Part shown: positions 9,146-15,030 of the stretch, one piece after another | Layout: each line of letters begins with the position of its first letter | Numbering within the stretch: the first letter of the stretch is position 1 | Notes under the pieces: generated by a model | The model's input: only the letters and a program-made list of their open reading frames with translations | What the model was told of the DNA's origin: nothing | The model's database searches: none | Position numbers and translations under genes: made by a program | Assembly: GCA_026014495.1 (NCBI GenBank) | Contig: JAOZIF010000017.1 | Span: 1-33,232, forward strand | Reading direction: 5' to 3' | From: Candidatus Bathyarchaeum sp. | GTDB lineage: Archaea > Thermoproteota > Bathyarchaeia > Bathyarchaeales > Bathyarchaeaceae | DNA: 33,232 nucleotides

Positions 9146-10168
9146 TTAGATTTTGTCTTGTACCCATCTGATTAGCAAGTTAGGATGCTTAATCAGCGAT
9201 ACAACATACATGCAATTGATTGAGCAGTATTTGCAGAAGTTAAATTTGCCGCAGTCTTTGATGATTTTTCTGGCTTTTTCTGAACTTAGACTTTCTTTTA
9301 GTTTTTCTTCTTTTTTGATTGTCATTAGGGTGAAAAAGGGGCAAGGTAAAGCAACGGAGGCGTCAGGTTTTAGTGCAATTGAGGTTGATGCAGAAGAACA
9401 TCTAATGAATCTGTTAAATCCGCCCAGAGTTTGGAACCTGAAATAGTCGCGTTCAAAGTGGATTTTTTTGTACTTCTTTTTTTCTTCAGCTAATTTTTCT
9501 AAAATTTTGTTTGTTTCCTTTATCTTCAAGGTTTCAGATTCTGATTTCTCAACAAATTCTCTGGGCACATTATCCACAGAAGAGAAATGGATGGGCTGGT
9601 CAAGCGATTTTGCGAATTCAATTGTTTGGTCTATGAATTCAAACGTTTCACTTGTTATAACGGAGAGCAAATTAATCTCAAGCCCCATTCGTGTAGCAAG
9701 TTCTATGTTCTTTTTGACTGTGTCAAAGGCGTTAACGCCTCTAGTCCTGTTGAATGTTTGTTTATCGTTTACATCAAAGGATACTGCAAATAGTTCGCAG
9801 TATTTTGAGATTGCATCAATTTTTTTGTCCAACAAGATTCCGTTTGTGACCAATCCAGTGATTAAGCCGATGCTGCTGGAGTATTGTAGTATTTCGTTGA
9901 TGTCTTCTCTTAGTAGTGGTTCGCCGCCTGTGATGCCTAAAATCAGGCAACCTAAGTCCCAGCATTCAAGTAATTTGTTCTTTGTTTCTGTGGTGCTTGC
10001 TTCATTGGTTGAATTGCTTTTTCTCCAAATATTGCAAAATGAGCATTTCATGTTACACCTGTAGGTACATTCAAAGTTCAAAAACAGTGGATTAAGCAGC
10101 TTTCTATCAAAAGCAGTATGTACTCGCGAGCGCAAGAAATTTCGCAGTATATTTGTTTTGTTTAGCAC
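9146..10168 (-). CDS. radical SAM protein with Cys-rich C-terminus (SPASM/twitch-like)
   Basis: ECTYRCNMKCSFC, ITGGEPLLRED, LVTNG; C-terminal C...PCP...CGKFNFCKYCSINC. Confidence 0.8.
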   Translation of the reverse strand: MLNKTNILRNFLRSRVHTAFDRKLLNPLFLNFECTYRCNMKCSFCNIWRKSNSTNEASTTETKNKLLECWDLGCLILGITGGEPLLREDINEILQYSSSIGLITGLVTNGILLDKKIDAISKYCELFAVSFDVNDKQTFNRTRGVNAFDTVKKNIELATRMGLEINLLSVITSETFEFIDQTIEFAKSLDQPIHFSSVDNVPREFVEKSESETLKIKETNKILEKLAEEKKKYKKIHFERDYFRFQTLGGFNRFIRCSSASTSIALKPDASVALPCPFFTLMTIKKEEKLKESLSSEKARKIIKDCGKFNFCKYCSINCMYVVSLIKHPNLLIRWVQDKI

Positions 10169-10271
10169 AGAAATAATTTTGCACCATGGATATTTATGTT
10201 TAAGTACAGTTTGAAGTGGTTTGTTTCCAGTTTGTAAATAGTTATTCTATGTGTAAAACAGAAAAAAGACT

Positions 10272-10309
10272 GTTTTCAACAATGTACCTCTATTAGTCTC
10301 CTAATATGC
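10272..10309. repeat. 38-bp dispersed repeat, copy 1 (core TATTAG-TCTC-CTAATA)
   Basis: GTTTTCAACAATGTACCTC TATTAG TCTC CTAATA TGC; matches 11975-12012 at 33 of 38 positions. Confidence 0.85.
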
Positions 10310-10430
10310 TCGGGATTTTAGCAGTGAATAACCAGTTAGGTTAAAAAAGGGTTTTTGGTTTTGACAACTTTTTGGGATAAAAGAACTTAAGCGATTATGT
10401 GTATCTACTCGGTTAGAATGTGAATTAACT

Positions 10431-11138
10431 TTGGATGTAAAAGGATTCGTTGACATTAGTTTTGTGGATTGGGACGGACAGATTGCTTCCGTAGTTTTTC
10501 TGCCAACCTGTAATTTTCGTTGTCCGTTTTGTCATAACGTAAATCTTGTTTTGAATCCTGAAAAGATGGAGACTATTCCTTTTGAGTACATCGAAGATGA
10601 GTTTAAGAGACAAAATGGTTGGACTGACGGGGTGTGCATTACGGGTGGGGAGCCGACACTTCACAGTGACCTGCCAGAGTTATGTTCTAAAATAAAGCAG
10701 ATGGGTTTTTTGGTTAAGTTGGATACAAACGGAACTAACCCCGTGGTGCTAAGAGAGCTTATGGATAGTAAGCTCGTGGATTATGTTGCTATGGACGTAA
10801 AGGCGCCGCTTACTGGTGACAAGTACTCGAAGGCAACGGGAGTAGACGCAGAAAATTTATTGGAAAATGTTAAAGAAAGCATCAGGCTCTTGATGCAGTC
10901 TAATATTGCTTATGAGTTTAGGACAACTGTCGTTCCTACAATACACGATTTAGCTGACATACAACAGATATGCCGCAGCTTAAAGGGGTGCAAAAAATAT
11001 GTTTTGCAAAAGTTTGATGTCAGCATTGGAAAGACAGTTATAGACCCAGAGTTTATGTCGAAATCTTTAAGCGATGAGGAAATGCAAAAATTTCTGGTTG
11101 AGGCTCAGAAACTTATTCCACACACAAAACTTAGGTGA
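10431..11138 (+). CDS. nrdG: anaerobic ribonucleoside-triphosphate reductase activating protein (glycyl-radical activase family)
   Basis: VVFLPTCNFRCPFCHN, CITGGEPT, KLDTNG, AMDVKAP, YEFRTTVVP. No nrdD in this window. Confidence 0.82.
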   Translation: MDVKGFVDISFVDWDGQIASVVFLPTCNFRCPFCHNVNLVLNPEKMETIPFEYIEDEFKRQNGWTDGVCITGGEPTLHSDLPELCSKIKQMGFLVKLDTNGTNPVVLRELMDSKLVDYVAMDVKAPLTGDKYSKATGVDAENLLENVKESIRLLMQSNIAYEFRTTVVPTIHDLADIQQICRSLKGCKKYVLQKFDVSIGKTVIDPEFMSKSLSDEEMQKFLVEAQKLIPHTKLR

Positions 11139-11200
11139 AACTCTAGCACACAGAAACAGAGATAACTGGAAACAAAGATGGGAGCTTATTTGTGGGATTG

Positions 11201-11326
11201 TGTGCTCTCACCTGAGCCTGTGCCACGCCACCCGTGAAAGGTCAAATTTTGGGTATCTCATTATGTGAGATGATACAGTTATGGGATTTATGCGTGCAGA
11301 GCAGGTGTTCTCTTGGTGAGAGCACA
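11201..11326. other. 126-nt nested stem-loop element (candidate ncRNA or MITE-like)
   Basis: Perfect 12-bp terminal inverted repeat TGTGCTCTCACC (11201-12) / GGTGAGAGCACA (11315-26). Nested pairings: CCTG/CAGG, TGC/GCA, ACGC/GCGT, and an inner ATCTCA-TTATG-TGAGAT hairpin. Confidence 0.5.
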
Positions 11327-11643
11327 ACATAACTAAGGGTTGCCATCAACTAAAGTTTTGAATACATGAAATTCTATATTTCCACAAAAATTTGGGCCTA
11401 GTTTTGCACGATTACTTTTTTCTTCCTACAGAAGTTAGTTGTGACATGCATCTTTAGATGACATGCAGATGCCAAAAACCAATAAAATCTATTTAAAAAC
11501 AACATGCATCGCTTTTTGCTCCAGAAACTGTTGGTGCAGCACTGAAAGTATACTTGCAGGTATTGCCCGTAGTAACTGTTGAAGCCACAGCAGGAGCGTT
11601 ATTGGATATCGAGTTTATCAAAGAGTAAAAACCATGGTGCTAG

Positions 11644-11760
11644 CAAACAGCAGTTCATAATAAACAGGATAAGGAAAACAAACTTATAGAAGCGGGCTTT
11701 GAATATGTGCGTTATAGCAACAAGATGAAGTTGCTGTCTATAAGAGACACAAGCGACCAG
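11644..11760 (+). pseudogene. possible degraded C-terminus of a tyrosine integrase
   Basis: Start-less fragment QTAVHNKQDKENKLIEAGFEYVRYS, then after a frameshift QDEVAVYKRHK, directly before tRNA-Glu. It resembles the 'LIEAGFEYV...Y(R/K)KRK' tail recalled from archaeal tRNA-adjacent integrases (recall, not searched). In-frame stops lie upstream. Confidence 0.4.
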
Positions 11761-11766
11761 TTCAGT

Positions 11767-11844
11767 GCTCCGGTAGTATAGTCCGGTTAAGTATGGTGGC
11801 CTCTCGAGTCATCGACCCGGGTTCGAATCCCGGCCGGAGCACCA
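11767..11844 (+). tRNA. tRNA-Glu(CTC), no intron, encoded CCA
   Basis: Acceptor GCTCCGG/CCGGAGC; anticodon arm GTGGC-CTCTCGA-GTCAT; T-arm CCGGG-TTCGAAT-CCCGG; ends ACCA. Confidence 0.96.
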
Positions 11845-11974
11845 AACATATACTTTCGAGTTTTTCATGAAAAAATCATGTTTTCAATGAATGTGTTCTG
11901 TAAGGGGTATGACAATGTGTGTGAATTTTTGGTGGTAAATGTGTGCTGTGCAAAAAATTTCAGAAAAAAAGTTA

Positions 11975-12012
11975 GTTTTCAACAATGAACCTCTATTAGG
12001 AGACTAATATGC
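11975..12012. repeat. 38-bp dispersed repeat, copy 2 (core TATTAG-GAGA-CTAATA)
   Basis: Direct repeat of 10272-10309; its 16-bp core is the exact reverse complement of the copy 1 core. Confidence 0.85.
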
Positions 12013-12214
12013 CGCACAGAAGTGTGAAATAATTGGTGTTGCTTTGATTTTTTTGAAAAATGTGAGTTCACCAATGGAAGGCTAGTAGTCAGCTAAAATA
12101 TTGATTTTGGCTTGCAGGATGATGCGGTCTTTATAAGTTTTGTTGGGCAAGGTATTTATCCTCATTTTGGCTATGTTGATATTTAAGGTAGAAAATTGTA
12201 GGAGAATGTATGTT

Positions 12215-12454
12215 ATGCCTATGGCGTATGTTTTGATAACTACCGAGACAGGTGCAGTAGATAGCGTTTTAGCTTCCCTGAAAAAAATGGACTCTGTAAA
12301 AGAGACATACATGGTGTACGGGGTTTATGATATTATAGCCTTGGTTAAGGCAGACACTATGGAGAAACTAAAAGAAATGGTTACTTGGAATCTGCGCAGT
12401 TTAGATAAAGTTCGCTCAACCTTAACAATGATAGCAGTTGAAGATACAAAGTGA
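12215..12454 (+). CDS. stand-alone Lrp/AsnC ligand-binding (RAM) domain protein
   Basis: MPMAYVLI...VYGVYDIIALVKA...VRSTLTMI with no HTH. The ORF track starts at 12140; ATG 12206, 12215 or 12221 is more plausible. Confidence 0.85.
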   Translation: MPMAYVLITTETGAVDSVLASLKKMDSVKETYMVYGVYDIIALVKADTMEKLKEMVTWNLRSLDKVRSTLTMIAVEDTK

Positions 12455-12514
12455 GAACAGGGAACTCACTCCATTTTTTCTTTTTAGTTTTTTAGTGAAT
12501 TTGAGTTTTGGACA

Positions 12515-12871
12515 TTAAGATTTTTTGTCAGAAGCACGTCTGACGTTTTCTGAAAAAGTTTTGAGAATATTTTTGCGGCGTACCATGATAAATATTGGTT
12601 GCGAAACCATGATGATGCCACCTAAGGATATGAAAACTGCTGTTAGTGGAAGAAACAATGTGTCGTAAGCGTTTTTCCACCAGTTAAGTGAACCTTCATA
12701 GTGCCATAGTTCCTCAAGTGATAACTCGGTGTTGGCTAGCATTTGTTCGCGTTCTTGAATTGCAGAAATTGAATAACCCAAAAGGCTGATTCCAGTTATT
12801 AAAAGTATGACACCTATTATGGCAACTAATCTAAACTTGTTTGCTTTTAATAGGCTGTTTAGTTTAGGCAC
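12515..12871 (-). CDS. hypothetical membrane protein (2 TM)
   Basis: Two hydrophobic helices; no family recognised. Confidence 0.55.
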   Translation of the reverse strand: MPKLNSLLKANKFRLVAIIGVILLITGISLLGYSISAIQEREQMLANTELSLEELWHYEGSLNWWKNAYDTLFLPLTAVFISLGGIIMVSQPIFIMVRRKNILKTFSENVRRASDKKS

Positions 12872-13066
12872 GTTTTTTGACCTTTCCTGCGTTTCAATTG
12901 TTTCGTTTGAATTAATATAGCTGTTACTTCAGCTGCGAGTATATGTCAGGATTTGAAACAGCCTTGAAAAAGCAACATAATTCCGTTTTAAATACAGAGC
13001 TAAAATCAATTAACATAACATTGAAAATGTTATATAGGTCAATAGTGTCTGTTGTAGTTGAGTATC

Positions 13067-13375
13067 ATGGCTGAAATTTGCCCGACTTGTGGACTACCCT
13101 CAGACATATGTGTCTGCGAAGAAATCGGTAAAGAACAACAACGAATAAGAGTGCGCTTAGAAACCCGAAAATGGGGAAAAGCGGTTACAATTGTTGATGG
13201 AATCAGCGAAAAAGAGGCAAACCTAAGTAGGCTAGCCCAAAAACTCAAATCTTTCTGTGCTTGTGGAGGAACAGCAAAAAATGACGAAATTATTCTACAA
13301 GGCGACCACAGAGACAAAGTCAGAACATACCTAATCCGTCAGGGCTATCCCGAAGCAAACGTTGAAGTTCAATAG
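13067..13375 (+). CDS. sui1: translation initiation factor aIF1/SUI1
   Basis: MAEICPTCGLP...ETRKWGKAVTIVDG...LKSFCACGGTAKNDEIILQGDHR is the archaeal SUI1 signature. Confidence 0.93.
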   Translation: MAEICPTCGLPSDICVCEEIGKEQQRIRVRLETRKWGKAVTIVDGISEKEANLSRLAQKLKSFCACGGTAKNDEIILQGDHRDKVRTYLIRQGYPEANVEVQ

Positions 13376-13396
13376 TCAAATAAAGAGAATACAGAA

Positions 13397-13693
13397 ATGG
13401 GTATACTCTCAGATTTTCGTGAAGTAATTAAAGGACTAAAACACAAAAAACGAGGCGAAGCTACAATCAATCTTTGCCCAAAATGTGAAAGCAACAAAAT
13501 ATCAATCGTTAGCAGTGTTGATACATACCCAAGACTGTATGGAATAACGCCTACAAAATATGTCTGCTCAGAATGTGGCTACAGGGGACCCATAGTACTA
13601 GAGCAAACAAAAGACAAAAAAAGAAAACAGGTTAATCGGGCAGTTCAATACCTAGCTGTCGTCTTAAACTCTTGTATCGGTTACGAACAGTAA
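13397..13693 (+). CDS. small Zn-ribbon protein
   Basis: CPKC-x26-CSECGYRGP; the 3' end overlaps tfb antisense by 62 nt. Confidence 0.65.
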   Translation: MGILSDFREVIKGLKHKKRGEATINLCPKCESNKISIVSSVDTYPRLYGITPTKYVCSECGYRGPIVLEQTKDKKRKQVNRAVQYLAVVLNSCIGYEQ

Positions 13694-14570
13694 CCTCAGT
13701 TACACCAGCAGCCTCAGCAATATCCTTCTGGGTCTTCTTCTCGTTCTTCAAAAGACAAGCAATATACAACGCAGCCGCAGCCAACCCCATAGGATCTTTA
13801 CCAGCAGCTGCACGTTTTCTTCTAGCCTCATGAAGAATGTTTATTGCATGACCTTGCGTTGGACCGGAAATTCCAGTTTTTTCAGCAATTTTAGAAACAT
13901 ACGTAAGAGGATTGGCAATTGGCATCTGAACGTTTAGTTCGCGCAGCAGCAGACGGTAACAGCGTGCCACATCTTTTTTGTCCACAAAACTTGCTTCAGC
14001 TATTTCTCTAAGAGTTCTGGGAGTCCCAGTTGTTCGGCAAGCAGCATACAATGAAGCAGCGGCTATGGCTGCGATTGATCTGCCCCTTACTAGTCCTTTG
14101 TCTAGGGCTTTTCGGTAGATGATTGCTGCTTTTTCTTTTACTGGACCTGGAATGTATGATTTGTCAGATAGGCGGTCAAGTTCTGCCATGGCTTGGGCAA
14201 GGTTTCGGTCCACTGAGGAGTGAACTCGTGATCTTATTTGCCATTTTCTTAGTCTCCACATTTGAAGTCTTGTGGATAGGGGAAGTTTCCGTCCAAAGGC
14301 ATCACGGTCTACACGTCCGATGGCTGTGGATAATCCTTTGTCGTGAACAGAATATGATGTGGGTACTCCAACACGGCTTCTTGATGCCTTTTCTTCTTGG
14401 GTAAAGGCTCGCCATTCTGGTCCTTTGTCCATCATTTGTTCCCTGACAACTAGACCGCAGCCTCCGCAAATAGTCTCTCCAGTGTCGTAATCGTGGATTA
14501 GATTAGGACTTCCACATTCTGGACATTTTTCATTTGTTCTACGTGAAATTCCTTCTTTATTTTGCGTGAT
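13632..14570 (-). CDS. tfb: transcription initiation factor IIB (TFB); start codon unresolved
   Basis: GPEWRAF B-reader and two cyclin repeats (GRSI...AAASLYAACR, GKDPMGLAAAALY, VTEVTVRNRYK). The Zn ribbon KCPECGS...ICGGCG is in frame upstream of the first ATG (14435). 14570 is an inferred ATC start. Confidence 0.93.
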   Translation of the reverse strand: MTQNKEGISRRTNEKCPECGSPNLIHDYDTGETICGGCGLVVREQMMDKGPEWRAFTQEEKASRSRVGVPTSYSVHDKGLSTAIGRVDRDAFGRKLPLSTRLQMWRLRKWQIRSRVHSSVDRNLAQAMAELDRLSDKSYIPGPVKEKAAIIYRKALDKGLVRGRSIAAIAAASLYAACRTTGTPRTLREIAEASFVDKKDVARCYRLLLRELNVQMPIANPLTYVSKIAEKTGISGPTQGHAINILHEARRKRAAAGKDPMGLAAAALYIACLLKNEKKTQKDIAEAAGVTEVTVRNRYKSLRRQLGIELPD

Positions 14571-14690
14571 GCTTTCGCCTCTAAAGTTTTCTGGCGAGAA
14601 TTCAGTGCTAACGTGAATCGTCTTCCCTTGTTAAGGCTCAGAAACCGTCCTTTCTGGACCCGCCGTAGTAACCCTGAGGCTATGTCTTGA

Positions 14691-14698
14691 TATATAAG
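14691..14698 (-). promoter_or_regulatory. probable TATA box of tfb (CTTATATA)
   Basis: Canonical archaeal TATA about 120 bp upstream of the inferred start, implying a 5' UTR of about 100 nt. Confidence 0.5.
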
Positions 14699-15030
14699 CG
14701 TTACGATTTTCCGCCCTTTACTTGGCATAAAGTGAACAAATACATACACAAACCCCGTTTTTCAACAATTTCCTTGCGAAAAATGCTAATGAGAGAGTTA
14801 TTAATTACCAGATTAACTGCTTAAATTCAAAGAAATCATGGTTTGCGCTTCAAAAGAATTGGGGTTTGCTGAGGCTCCTGCACAATGCATTAAGAGGAGA
14901 AAAAAATGAAAATAACAAAACAGCTACTATCGCTTAGTTATTTTTCATTTTTGTGCCTGAGCCTTTTCAGTCCCCGTTTTCTTCCATTGAAGTTTTACTC
15001 CCAAAAAAAGAAGGGAGGGAAAATTTTGGT

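Noticed and set aside
11074-11268. 64-aa ORF overlapping the nrdG end
   Set aside because: It overlaps nrdG out of frame, runs through the stem-loop element and has no protein-like features.
11442-11467. TGACATGCA direct repeat (two copies, partial third near 11502)
   Set aside because: Too short and irregular to support a function without comparative data.
14637-14678. Structured tfb leader (CTCAG/CTGAG outer stem, GTCC/GGAC hairpin)
   Set aside because: The outer arm at 14674-78 probably lies upstream of the TSS predicted from the TATA box, and the remaining 4-bp hairpin is too weak to call.
14498-14749. 83-aa minus-strand ORF upstream of tfb
   Set aside because: It spans the probable tfb TATA box and overlaps the Zn-ribbon codons out of frame; only its last 11 codons are relevant, as a possible uORF.
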